This document shows positions 17,363 to 26,581 of a stretch of DNA of 37,437 bases, in pieces. The DNA is taken from contig JAVKIJ010000022.1 in assembly GCA_031459535.1 (NCBI GenBank), forward strand, positions 1 to 37,437, in the 5' to 3' direction. Position 1 is the stretch's first letter. The number at the start of each line of letters is the position of its first letter. The translations under genes and the position numbers were made by a program. The notes under the pieces are model-generated. The model did no database searches and was not told the origin of the DNA. It worked only from the letters and a program-made list of their open reading frames with translations. This stretch comes from Candidatus Fervidifonticultor quintus. GTDB taxonomy: Bacteria; Sysuimicrobiota; Sysuimicrobiia; Sysuimicrobiales; Humicultoraceae.

Positions 17363-18787
17363 TTATCGCAGCGGAGGTCGCCGGTCGGCCCACGGTGCGG
17401 CAGCCTCGTATGCCGCTGCGGCCCGCAACACTGTCGCATCCTGCCGCCACCCTCCGACGATCTGCAAGCCGACCGGCAGTCCGTCTGACGTCTGCCCGCA
17501 GGGCACCGTGATCGCGGGGTGGGGGCTGAAGTTGAACGCGAAGGTGAGGATCAGCGCCTCCAGGTGCTGGCTGATCGGCCGGCCGCCGATCTCGCGGGGC
17601 AGCGGCTCGCCGAGCGGGGTGGCCGCCGTGGCGGTGGTCGGGCAGAGGAGCAGATCGTAGCGCTCGAAGAAGCGGCGCAGCCGCTGATGATAGGTGGAGC
17701 GCTCGACCTCCGCCTGACCGATCTGCGCCGGCGTCAGGCTGTACCCCACGTCCAGCCGGCGGACGAGGATCGGATCCATTTCGTTGCGCCATTCGTTGAG
17801 ATACCTGCCGACCGCGGCAATGCGGACGGCTGCGTTGAGGGCAAGGAACGGTTCCAGGATGTTCCCGATTTCGGGTGAGGCGGGCTCGACAGGGCAGCCG
17901 AGGCGCTCGAACGTGCCCACCGCGGCCCGCTCGCAGAGGGCCGCGACCGTCGGGTCCACGGGCGCCGCGCCGCCGAGGTCGGGTGTCCATGCGACTCGCA
18001 ACCCCTTCACATCGGGATCGCTGACGCAGCGGGCCCAGTCTTCACCCGTGTGGGGCAGCGCCAGCGGATCGCGGGCATCCGGGCCGACCATGACCGAGAA
18101 CATCAGCGCGGCGTCGGCCACCGTGCGCGCGATCGGGCCGTGCGCAGACATGGGGTTCCAGGCGGCCGAGCTGGGATAACGGGGCACGCGGCCCTGCGAG
18201 GGTTTGAACCCCACGACCCCGCACCACGCCGCAGGATGCCGGATAGACCCGGCTAGGTCGCTGCCTTCCGCCAGCGGGCCGAGCCCGGCGGCCACGGCCG
18301 CAGCGGCGCCGCCGCTGGATCCGCCGCACGACCGGTCGAGCGCCCACGGGTTGCGCGTCGCCCCGAAGATGCGGTTGTCGGTGAACGGTTTGCACCCGAA
18401 CTCCGGCGTGTTGGTCTTGCCCAGCAGAATGCCGCCGGCGGCCCGCAGCCGCTCCACCAGCGCGGCGTCCTCCTCGGGCACGTGGTGCTCGAAGATCCGG
18501 GATCCCATCGTCGTGCGGATCCCGCGCGTCGGCGTGAGATCCTTGAGCGAGTACGGCACGCCGTGGAGCGGTCCCAGGGCGTCTTTGCGCATGACTGCCG
18601 CTTCGGCCTCCCTCGCTGCCTGCCGTGCCTGGTCGGCGACGATGGTGCAGTAGGCGTTGAGGCGGGGGTTGAGGCGGGCAATGCGCTCGAGCACGGCGTC
18701 CGTGAGCTCGAGCGGCGAGACCTGCCTGGTGCGCACCATGCGTGCAAGCTCGATCGCCGGAGTCCAGCACAGTGCATCGGCGTCCAC
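17363..18787 (-). CDS. Amidase-signature family amidase
   Basis: GPLHGVPYSLKD, GKTNTPEFG, CGGSSGG and GSDLAGSIRHPAAWCG (Ser-cisSer-Lys triad). GTG start at 18787 follows GGGAGG. Confidence 0.94.
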   Translation of the reverse strand: MDADALCWTPAIELARMVRTRQVSPLELTDAVLERIARLNPRLNAYCTIVADQARQAAREAEAAVMRKDALGPLHGVPYSLKDLTPTRGIRTTMGSRIFEHHVPEEDAALVERLRAAGGILLGKTNTPEFGCKPFTDNRIFGATRNPWALDRSCGGSSGGAAAAVAAGLGPLAEGSDLAGSIRHPAAWCGVVGFKPSQGRVPRYPSSAAWNPMSAHGPIARTVADAALMFSVMVGPDARDPLALPHTGEDWARCVSDPDVKGLRVAWTPDLGGAAPVDPTVAALCERAAVGTFERLGCPVEPASPEIGNILEPFLALNAAVRIAAVGRYLNEWRNEMDPILVRRLDVGYSLTPAQIGQAEVERSTYHQRLRRFFERYDLLLCPTTATAATPLGEPLPREIGGRPISQHLEALILTFAFNFSPHPAITVPCGQTSDGLPVGLQIVGGWRQDATVLRAAAAYEAAAPWADRRPPLR

Positions 18788-18938
18788 GCGGCATCCTCCC
18801 ACTGCTGTACTTGGGTGTGTCCCGTGAGACGGGGTTCGAGGACCCGCGCAAGCACCCCTCCAGCGGTAGCGGTCGCGGAGGAGACCCGGTGGATGCCACG
18901 AAACGATGTGGCCGAATCCGCCTGCGAGGAGGTGCTCG

Positions 18939-20243
18939 GTGTCACGCCGTCTGGGTGCCCGCTTGGGGCTCGTCATCCCGCTCGTCATGATTCTGATCGC
19001 GGTCGCCCTGGCGTGCGGCGCCAGCGCAACTCCGGCGCGGCCAGACGTCAGCGGATCGCTCGTCCTCTACACGTCGGTCGTCCCCGACGTGGCCGCGGCC
19101 CTGGCCCGGGGCTTCATGGAGAGGCACCCGCACGTCAAACTGGAGTTCCTGCGGGCCGGGTCGGCCGAGCTGGATCGCCGCGTCCAGGCCGAGCTGGCCG
19201 CGGGTGGGATCAGGGCCGACCTCTTGTGGCTGCTCGATCCGCCGGCGCTGATGGCGCTCCGTGAACGCGGTCAGCTCCAGCCCTACCGGTCGCCCGAGGC
19301 GGCACACCTGCCACGCGCCTGGCGCGATCCATCCGGCTTCCTCACCACCACGAACCTGGTCAACTACGTCTTTGTCGTCAACCCGTCGCTCATACCGGTG
19401 GCCGTGGGGCCGAAGCGGTGGGCCGATTTCCCGCGGTTCGGCCGGACAGCCGCCATCCCGAACCCAGCGTTCGCGGGCTCGATGCAGGTCGTGGTGGCCG
19501 CCATCGTGCGCGCGTACGGCTGGGAATGGTTCGAGCGCGCGCGCCGGGAGGGTATGACCGTGCTCCGGAGCACCTCGGACGTGGCGAGGGGGTTGGCGTC
19601 GCGGGAGTTCGGGGTGGGCGCGGCCATTGACTACTCCATCTACGGCGTGATCCGCGATGGGGCGCCGCTGGCGGTCATCTGGCCGGAGGACGGCGTGGTG
19701 AGCGTCCAGAGCATGATCACCATCACAAAGGGCACGGCCAACGTCCGGGCGGCACAGGCATTCGTGGACTACGTGCTCTCGCAGGCAGGGCAGCAGATCC
19801 CGGCGCTGCTGGTGCAGGTGGAGGATCTTTCCCGTCGTCGTGGCGCGAGGGGGCGTCCGTTCTACCAGGAGCATGCCCGCGTCGCGCCACACGTGCTGCA
19901 TGACCCGCTCCGCGCCCGATCCGGCACCGATGGCCTCGAGGAACGCATCGGCGACCGCGCGCAGGTCCACCGGCCCGACAGAGGGATGGACGAGCAGGCG
20001 GAGCCTGGGCTTGCCATCGGCGCCTTCCTCTTCGACGAGCTGATAGTCCGTCGGCGCCCCGCCAAACCGGGCAGGCAAGACGTCTTCCAGCGCCCGGATG
20101 ACGTCGGTGTCCCTGAATGTCATGCCTCCGGCGGTCAGCTTCTCGTAGCTGCGGATTGCCTGCAGGTGTGTCGTCCACCCCAGCGCCTCCAGCGGACAGC
20201 CGCAGGCGCGCGGTCCCATGGTGGCACGATCGCCGAGGGCTAG
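18939..20243 (+). pseudogene. Fe3+/AfuA-type ABC solute-binding protein, apparently truncated at ~19799 and reading through into the antisense strand of the neighbouring gene
   Basis: GAGGAGGT RBS and GTG at 18939, signal peptide, then [19 protein letters not shown] and [17 protein letters not shown]. Family-like sequence stops there, and no cognate permease or ATPase follows. Confidence 0.75.
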
Positions 20244-21383
20244 GTTCATCAGGAACAGCGGGGCGGTCGGCCGCAGGCAGGTCACCAGCAGCGCGCCGGG
20301 CGGCGGGCCGGATGCGCCGTCGGGCCGCTCGACCAGGATGAACGCGTGCAGGTCGCTGGCGAGGTGCAGATCGTCCGGGGCCTCGGGCGCAAGACAGCCG
20401 TACGCCATCTGGCCGAACTCGCTGCACGCGTAGCGTGGGACGCCGTGTGCACCCGCGCGGCGGATGACCGCCAGGCGCGCCTCGGTGGTGGGCTCGCCCC
20501 CCAGCGTGAACTGGGCGCCGCGGAGGTCGAGGCCCTCATCGAGGGCGGCCAGACAGACGCGCACGGCGGCACTGGCGAACGTGGTGAGGTGGGGCACCGC
20601 GCCCCGGCGGATGACGCCGGCCATCCAGCGGGCGACCAGATGCGCGTCCTGCGGACGGACGTACTTGGGTGCGGGCAACCGCACGCCGGCCAGTGCCGCT
20701 CCCAGGCGCGCGACCCGCACGCTCCACCGGTACCGCGGGTGGAGCCCTGGGGCGCTGGGGTTGACCTGTGAGAACCAGCGGGCCGGCCTAACGCCGAAGA
20801 TTGCTAGCCTCAGCATTGACGTCAGCGTCGAACTCCCGGGGATCCCCCAGAACCCGTGGATCCACTGCAGGCCTCCCCGTGCGTCGAAGAACAGCCCAGT
20901 GTCTGCGGCGCCTTCGCGCACATGGGTCAGGTCGAGGCCCACGGGCGTGGGGGTCCCACGGCTGCCGCCACTGTGCACCCGGAAGTGCACGCGCGCCAGG
21001 GGATTCCAGAACTGGGTGGGCTCCACTTCGAACGTGGAGCCACCGCGCCTGATCGGTTGGCGTCCCTTGTACTCGTCGCCGGTCAGGTAGACGCCGCTGC
21101 GGAACAGCGCGGCGAGCGCGCCCTCGATCCCGTCTGCGGCCACCAGGCGCTCCAGGTCGCCGTACTCGCATCCGGCGAGTCGCATCAGCCGGTGGTAGGG
21201 GCTGCTCGGGTGGTCGAACACCGCCTGGCGGATCAGGGTCAGGAAGTCGGCCTCGCGTCGCGCGAAGCGCCGGCGGAGAATCTCGCGGGCCTGCTGCGGC
21301 GTCATGGACGTGCGAAGGTGGCCCGGGAGCGCCAGCAAGAGGCGGGCTCCCATGCGCACATCGTCCAGGTGAATACCCGTCAT
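18942..21383 (-). CDS. PaaK (phenylacetate-CoA ligase)-like adenylate-forming enzyme; homologous part ~19800-21383, remainder is read-through
   Basis: [10 protein letters not shown]-loop, [24 protein letters not shown] and TTTGKILHL (A10 Lys) motifs. No stop after A10; about 285 further aa are antisense to the binding-protein gene. Confidence 0.7.
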   Translation of the reverse strand: MTGIHLDDVRMGARLLLALPGHLRTSMTPQQAREILRRRFARREADFLTLIRQAVFDHPSSPYHRLMRLAGCEYGDLERLVAADGIEGALAALFRSGVYLTGDEYKGRQPIRRGGSTFEVEPTQFWNPLARVHFRVHSGGSRGTPTPVGLDLTHVREGAADTGLFFDARGGLQWIHGFWGIPGSSTLTSMLRLAIFGVRPARWFSQVNPSAPGLHPRYRWSVRVARLGAALAGVRLPAPKYVRPQDAHLVARWMAGVIRRGAVPHLTTFASAAVRVCLAALDEGLDLRGAQFTLGGEPTTEARLAVIRRAGAHGVPRYACSEFGQMAYGCLAPEAPDDLHLASDLHAFILVERPDGASGPPPGALLVTCLRPTAPLFLMNLALGDRATMGPRACGCPLEALGWTTHLQAIRSYEKLTAGGMTFRDTDVIRALEDVLPARFGGAPTDYQLVEEEGADGKPRLRLLVHPSVGPVDLRAVADAFLEAIGAGSGAERVMQHVWRDAGMLLVERTPPRATTTGKILHLHQQRRDLLPCLREHVVHECLCRPDVGRALCDGDHALDAHHAVLRPDDRQRRPIADHAVDGVVNGRAHPELPRRQPPRHVRGAPEHGHTLPARALEPFPAVRAHDGGHHDLHRARERWVRDGGCPAEPREIGPPLRPHGHRYERRVDDKDVVDQVRGGEEAGWIAPGAWQVCRLGRPVGLELTAFTERHQRRRIEQPQEVGPDPTRGQLGLDAAIQLGRPGPQELQFDVRVPLHEAPGQGRGHVGDDRRVEDERSADVWPRRSCAGAARQGDRDQNHDERDDEPQAGTQTA

Positions 21384-21799
21384 TCCCCGATGATCTTGAT
21401 CAGCACCCGTTTGCGCCGCCGCCCGTCGAACTCACCGTAGAAGATCTGCTCCCACGGCCCAAAGTCGAGCCGGCCGCCGGTGACCGCCACGACTACCTCG
21501 CGGCCCATCAGCTGCCGCTTGAGATGGGCGTCGGCGTTGTCCTCGCCGGTGGCGTTGTGCTGGTAGCGGCTGACTGGCGCGTGCGGCGCCAGGGACTCCA
21601 GCCACTGCTGGAAGTCGTGGTGCAACCCGGGCTCGTCATCGTTGATGAACACCGATGCGGTAATGTGCATGGCGTTGACGAGCACCAGGCCCTCCTTGAT
21701 GCCGCTCTCGCGCAGCGCGGCCTCGACCTGGGGCGTGATGTTGATGAGCGCGACGCGTTGGGGGGTGTGGAACCACAGCTCTTTGCGATAGCTCTTCAT
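21380..21799 (-). CDS. yjbQ: YjbQ/UPF0047 family protein
   Basis: [27 protein letters not shown] and [18 protein letters not shown] motifs. Confidence 0.93.
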   Translation of the reverse strand: MKSYRKELWFHTPQRVALINITPQVEAALRESGIKEGLVLVNAMHITASVFINDDEPGLHHDFQQWLESLAPHAPVSRYQHNATGEDNADAHLKRQLMGREVVVAVTGGRLDFGPWEQIFYGEFDGRRRKRVLIKIIGE

Positions 21800-21834
21800 G
21801 GGCCTTCGACCGATGCAGGCATACGACGCGTTTC

Positions 21835-21844
21835 ATGATATCAT
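21835..21844. promoter_or_regulatory. Palindromic extended -10 (ATGATATCAT), putative bidirectional promoter for yjbQ and a leaderless MFS gene
   Basis: Reads TGaTATCAT on both strands. On the + strand it lies 7 nt before ATG 21852, which has no SD sequence. Confidence 0.55.
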
Positions 21845-21851
21845 CTCTGGC

Positions 21852-23159
21852 ATGGTGCCGCAGATCAGGGTCCACCGCGCCTGGGTCGTGCTGGGGGGCG
21901 TGACGCTCATCCTGCTGGCGTCGTCCGGTTTGCGCTCGTCGTTCGGCGTGTTCATTAAGCCGCTGGAGGCCGAGTTCGGCTGGAGCCGGGTCGCCCTCTC
22001 GGTGGTCGCCTCGCTGTCGCTGCTGCTGTATGGCGCGATGGGACCTCTGGTGGGAAGGATCGCCGATCGCTTCGGGCCGCGGGGCGTGCTGATGGCCGCA
22101 GCGCTGCTACTCGGGGCCGGGACCATGGCGACGTCGAGGGTGACCAGCCTCTGGCACCTATATCTTGCGGCCGGTGTGATCACGGCCATGGGCGCTGGCA
22201 GCGCGGCCATGTCGGTGGCTGCCTCGCTGGCGGCCCGCTGGTTCGACCGGCAACGCGGGCTGGTGCTCGGCATCGCAGGCGCGGGCATGGCGGCCGGCCA
22301 GTTGCTCGTGGTCCCGGCGCTGATGGCGGTCACCACGACCTGGGGCTGGAGGGCGAGTTTCCTCGGGTCGGGCGTCGTCTTCGTCGCGGTGATCCTGCCG
22401 CTGGTGGTGCTGCTGATCCGCAACGACCCGCGCGAGGTGGGCCTGGCACCCTATGGCGCGGCGCCGGGCACCGTGGCTGCCACCGCCGAGCAGCGCGCCA
22501 GCCAGCGCGTGGGCGCAGCCGCCGCGGCGCGCACGCTCCCGTTCTGGTTGCTGGCCGGCAGCTTCTGGGTGTGCGGGTACACCACGTCGGGGCTGGTGCT
22601 CACGCACCTGATTCCCCATGCGGCCGAGGGTGGGTTCCATGCGGCGATGGCCGCGCAGGCCCTGGGCGTGATGGGCGCACTCAACATTGTCGGCACCATC
22701 GCCTCGGGTTGGATCTGCGACCGCCTCGGCCCCCGCGGCCCCCTGGCCGCATACTACCTGCTGCGCGGCGTCTCGCTGGTCTTCCTGCCGTTCGTGGGGT
22801 CCGCACTGGGCCTGTTCGGGTTTGCGGCGATCTTCGGCCTCAACTACATCTCGACCGTGCCGGCGACGACGGCGCTGACCGCGCGCATCTACGGCCGCTA
22901 CTCGGTGGGCGAGCTGTCGGGCTGGATCTTTTTCTCGCACCAGATCGGCGCGGCGGCCGGTTCGCTGGTCGGCGGGTACTTCTACCGGGCGTTTGGAGAC
23001 TACACCCTGGCGTTCCACACGGCGGCCCTGCTGGCGTTTGCGGCGACGGGAATGGTGCTGCTGATCCAGGACCGGCCGCAAGGCGGCGAGCCCGCTCTGA
23101 GCGAGCCCGAACGCCCCGAGGCCCTGGGTGGAACGATGGCCACGGCGCCGGGGCCCTGA
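21852..23159 (+). CDS. MFS transporter
   Basis: About 12 hydrophobic segments, with motif A GRIADRFGPR and its repeat GWICDRLGPR. Confidence 0.93.
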   Translation: MVPQIRVHRAWVVLGGVTLILLASSGLRSSFGVFIKPLEAEFGWSRVALSVVASLSLLLYGAMGPLVGRIADRFGPRGVLMAAALLLGAGTMATSRVTSLWHLYLAAGVITAMGAGSAAMSVAASLAARWFDRQRGLVLGIAGAGMAAGQLLVVPALMAVTTTWGWRASFLGSGVVFVAVILPLVVLLIRNDPREVGLAPYGAAPGTVAATAEQRASQRVGAAAAARTLPFWLLAGSFWVCGYTTSGLVLTHLIPHAAEGGFHAAMAAQALGVMGALNIVGTIASGWICDRLGPRGPLAAYYLLRGVSLVFLPFVGSALGLFGFAAIFGLNYISTVPATTALTARIYGRYSVGELSGWIFFSHQIGAAAGSLVGGYFYRAFGDYTLAFHTAALLAFAATGMVLLIQDRPQGGEPALSEPERPEALGGTMATAPGP

Positions 23160-23190
23160 CCCATGCGCCTCGGAGGCTCGCTGGGTGGTA

Positions 23191-23394
23191 TTAGCCTACC
23201 ATTTCCTCGTGGCTTCGGACCTCGATGCGCAGATCCCTGATGCCCAGTCGCGTCACAGCCCGCCTGACCTGTTCAGCGATCTCCAGCACGAGCTCGGCCG
23301 AGGCGTCCTCGCCGATACCGCATAGTTGGAGCACCGCCCGTCGGTCGGACCCTTCGCCGTTCCCCGACTTCTTCCGCTCCGACCCTGCAGCCAT
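23191..23394 (-). CDS. Small hypothetical protein (67 aa) downstream of phoU
   Basis: ATG lies 19 nt after the phoU stop with a GAGGGGTGGGG RBS, and the ORF fills the gap to the MFS gene. Amphipathic beta-alpha-beta-like pattern. Confidence 0.5.
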   Translation of the reverse strand: MAAGSERKKSGNGEGSDRRAVLQLCGIGEDASAELVLEIAEQVRRAVTRLGIRDLRIEVRSHEEMVG

Positions 23395-23413
23395 TGTGCC
23401 CCACCCCTCGGGA

Positions 23414-24103
23414 TCAGCCGTGCACTCCCTCGCCATTGAGCACCTTCATCCGCCCCGTGGCCATGAAGACCACACGCTCCGCGATATTGGTCACGTGGTC
23501 TGCAGCTCGTTCCAGGCGCATGGCCACCATGATCAGGTCCAGCGCCTCGGAGAGACGGCGTGGGCTCTCGGCCATGTACGTCAGCAGCACCCGGAAGACC
23601 TGATGGTGCAGGGCGTCCACGGTCTCGTCTTTGGCTGCTACCGCCTCGGCCAGCACCGGGTCGCGGCGCGCGAATGCTTCCAGGACGTCGTGCAGCATGC
23701 CCCGCACCACGTGTGCCATGTAGGGGATGTCCACCATGGGCCGCAGCAGCGTGCTGTCACGGAGCCGACGGGCGGTCCGGGCGATGCCGTCCGCGTGGTC
23801 GGCCATGCGCTCCAGGTCGATGGCAATCGCCAGTGCGGCTGTCAGTGCCCTGAGGTCACCGGCCATCGGCTGCTGGGTCGCCATCAACGTGATGATGCGC
23901 TGCTCGATCTCCACGTGCATCTGGTCGACCTGGGCGTCTGCCTCGGTGACCGCGGCCGCTGCGCCGCTGTCCTGATTCTTGAGGGCCTCGACGGCCCTGT
24001 GCAGTAGCTCGCCGACCAGGCTGCCCATGCGGAGGACGTCATCCTCCACCCGGTGCAGTTCTTGATCGAATGCCGCGCGGATGTGCCGGTCGCCGGTCAA
24101 CAT
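23414..24103 (-). CDS. phoU: Phosphate signalling complex protein PhoU
   Basis: FDQEL...MGSLV, QQPMAGDLR, DLERMADHA and LERAADHVTNIAERV motifs. Confidence 0.96.
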   Translation of the reverse strand: MLTGDRHIRAAFDQELHRVEDDVLRMGSLVGELLHRAVEALKNQDSGAAAAVTEADAQVDQMHVEIEQRIITLMATQQPMAGDLRALTAALAIAIDLERMADHADGIARTARRLRDSTLLRPMVDIPYMAHVVRGMLHDVLEAFARRDPVLAEAVAAKDETVDALHHQVFRVLLTYMAESPRRLSEALDLIMVAMRLERAADHVTNIAERVVFMATGRMKVLNGEGVHG

Positions 24104-24110
24104 GAGACGG

Positions 24111-24929
24111 TCACCCGAATCGTCCCGTGATGTAGTCTTCCGTGCGCCTGTCCTTCGGGTTGGTGAACAGGTCGCGGGTGAGGCCGAATTCCACCAGCTC
24201 ACCCATCAGCATGAAGCCGGTGAAATCCGACACACGGGCGGCCTGTTGCATGTTGTGGGTCACGATGATGATGGTGTAGCGTTCTTTGAGGCTGACCATG
24301 AGGTCCTCGATCTTTGCCGTCGCGACGGGATCGAGGGCGGAGCACGGTTCGTCCATCAGCAGCACATCGGGCTCGACCGCGATGGCGCGGGCGATGCACA
24401 GCCGCTGCTGCTGTCCTCCGGACAGCCCCAGCGCACTGTCGTGGAGGCGGTCGGAGACCTCGTCCCAGAGGGCGGCACGCTTCAGGCTGCGCTCTACGAT
24501 GTCGTCGAGCTGGGAGCGGCGCTTGATCCCGTGGATCCGCGGCCCATAGGCCACGTTCTCGTAGACGGACTTGGGGAACGGGTTCGACTTCTGGAAGACC
24601 ATGCCGACCCGTCTGCGCAGGACCACCACGTCGGTCGCCGCACCGTAGATGTCGGTCCCGGCCACGCGGATCGTGCCCTCCGTCTTCACGTCGTCGATGA
24701 GGTCGTTGAGGCGGTTGATGCACCGCAGCAGGGTGCTCTTGCCGCACCCCGAGGGGCCGATGAGCGCCGTGATGTGGTGCCTGGCCACCGACATGGTAAC
24801 CTGGCGCAGGGCTTGTTTCTGACCGTACCACAGTGAGAGGCGATCCACCTCGACCACCGGTTGGAACACGGCGTCGGCGGCCGGTCTTTGGCCGTCGGTG
24901 GGGATCTGGACCGCCATATTGACCAGCAT
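24111..24929 (-). CDS. pstB: Phosphate ABC transporter ATPase
   Basis: [45 protein letters not shown] and [10 protein letters not shown] motifs. AGGAGG RBS before ATG 24929. Confidence 0.97.
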   Translation of the reverse strand: MLVNMAVQIPTDGQRPAADAVFQPVVEVDRLSLWYGQKQALRQVTMSVARHHITALIGPSGCGKSTLLRCINRLNDLIDDVKTEGTIRVAGTDIYGAATDVVVLRRRVGMVFQKSNPFPKSVYENVAYGPRIHGIKRRSQLDDIVERSLKRAALWDEVSDRLHDSALGLSGGQQQRLCIARAIAVEPDVLLMDEPCSALDPVATAKIEDLMVSLKERYTIIIVTHNMQQAARVSDFTGFMLMGELVEFGLTRDLFTNPKDRRTEDYITGRFG

Positions 24930-24961
24930 GCCTTTCCTCCTGCGGGTTACACTTTGCATAA

Positions 24962-26581
24962 TTACACGGCCGCCGTGGCGTACTTGCGCCGCAGGCGGTT
25001 GCGCAGGGCGATGGCGAACAGGTTGAGCACGAGCACTACGGCCAACAGCAGCAGCGTCGTGGCAAACACCATCGGCCGCGCGGCGTCCACGTTGGGCGAC
25101 TGGAACCCCACGTCGTAGATGTGAAACCCCAGATGCATGAACTTGCGCTCCAGGTGGATGAAGGGCGGGAACCCGTCAATGGGGAGCGCCGGCGCCAGCT
25201 TGACGACGCCGGTGATCATGAGTGGCGCCACCTCGCCGGCCGCACGCGCCATGGCCAGGATCAGGCCGGTCAGGATCGACGGGAGGACCGCCGGCAGTAC
25301 GACGCGGACGGTGGTTTCCAGCTTGCTGGCCCCCAGGGCCAACGAGCCCTCGCGCAGTGTCCGCGGGATGGCCGCCAGCCCCTCCTCGGTGGCCACGATG
25401 ACCACGGGGACGGTGAGCAGGGCCAGGGTCAGCGACGCCCACAAGATCCCACCAGTGCCGAACGTGGGCGTGGGCAGCGCTTCGGGGAAGAAGAGTCGGT
25501 CGATCGAGCCGCCGACAGTGTAGACGAAGAACCCGAGGCCGAAGACGCCGAAGACGATGGAGGGCACGCCGGCCAGGTTGTTGACGGCGATCCGCACCGC
25601 GCTGACCAGCGGCCCTTGCTTCGCGTACTCCCGCAGGTAGAACGCGGCCAGCACGCCGAACGGCGTGACGACGATGCTCATGATGAGCACCATCATGACC
25701 GTTCCGAAGATGGCCGGGAGCACGCCGCCCTCGGTATTCGCCTCACGGGGCTCCCCGGCCACAAACTCCCAAACCCGTCCCGCGTAGAAGGCGAGCTTCT
25801 CCGCCGTGGTCATGGCATTGGGGCGAAAGGCCCGCACGACCTGGGAGATCGGTAGGTCCTTCTCACGACCGTCTGCCGTGACGACCACCACGCTGGAGGT
25901 CATCTGGGCCCGCAGCGTGTTCAACTCCGCTAGGCGCCGGTCGTACTGGGCCTGCAGGTGCGCACGCTGCTGCTGGAGCCGGTCAACCTCGGGGCCCGCG
26001 CGCACACCGCTCAGCTCCAGGCGGCGGAGCCGGAGCCGAATGCGCTCCTGCTGATAGTTGAGCGCGCCGATGTCGTCCGTCTCGATCCTGCGGATCCGGT
26101 CGTGCAACGCTGTCGCTGCCGGCAGGCGCTGGATCAGTGCCGTCCATCCGGCATCGGGGCCCGCGGCGACGGCGAGACCGCCGTCCCTGACCTCCTTGAT
26201 CGTGCCGTACAGATTGCCCCATTCCCGGCGTTCGATCACGACCAATTGATCAGGACGTTCCCGCGCGGCAATGCGGGCCTCGTCGATCCACAGGAAGTCC
26301 TGGCCGTAGAGATCGCGGTTGCCCTGCTTGACCTTGAGCCGCTGCGGCCGCGGCCCGGCGGCTCGAGCCTGACCTGTCGGCACCGGCTCGCGGGCCACGA
26401 TCTCGCCGATCACGACCGATCCATCCGCAAGCGTCAGCCGGTGGACGTCCCGCGGCCAGAAGAACCCCAACCCGTTGACCAGCACCAGTGTCACCAGGCC
26501 GAAGACCATGAGCAGGGCGAACACCAGCGCGCCTCCGGCCAGCCAGATGAACGAGTCACCCGTGCGCCACAGGCCCTTCAT
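24962..26581 (-). CDS. pstA: Phosphate ABC permease PstA, long form with large soluble insert
   Basis: [21 protein letters not shown] and [10 protein letters not shown] motifs, with an insert of roughly 230 aa after TM1. Confidence 0.94.
   Translation of the reverse strand: MKGLWRTGDSFIWLAGGALVFALLMVFGLVTLVLVNGLGFFWPRDVHRLTLADGSVVIGEIVAREPVPTGQARAAGPRPQRLKVKQGNRDLYGQDFLWIDEARIAARERPDQLVVIERREWGNLYGTIKEVRDGGLAVAAGPDAGWTALIQRLPAATALHDRIRRIETDDIGALNYQQERIRLRLRRLELSGVRAGPEVDRLQQQRAHLQAQYDRRLAELNTLRAQMTSSVVVVTADGREKDLPISQVVRAFRPNAMTTAEKLAFYAGRVWEFVAGEPREANTEGGVLPAIFGTVMMVLIMSIVVTPFGVLAAFYLREYAKQGPLVSAVRIAVNNLAGVPSIVFGVFGLGFFVYTVGGSIDRLFFPEALPTPTFGTGGILWASLTLALLTVPVVIVATEEGLAAIPRTLREGSLALGASKLETTVRVVLPAVLPSILTGLILAMARAAGEVAPLMITGVVKLAPALPIDGFPPFIHLERKFMHLGFHIYDVGFQSPNVDAARPMVFATTLLLLAVVLVLNLFAIALRNRLRRKYATAAV

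Noticed and set aside
18831-18840. GGGGTTCGAG matching the tRNA-Lys T-arm as a possible attR bounding the AOR-amidase block
   Set aside because: The match is only 10 bp, does not extend toward the tRNA 3' end, and a near-identical word occurs inside a CDS near 32652. No integrase is present, so chance is a sufficient explanation.
18813-18922. TPP, SAM-IV or c-di-GMP riboswitch assignment for the structured intergenic region
   Set aside because: Only fragmentary resemblance. Key conserved strings such as CUGAGA/ACCUGAU or GGCAAA...GACGCAAAGC are absent.
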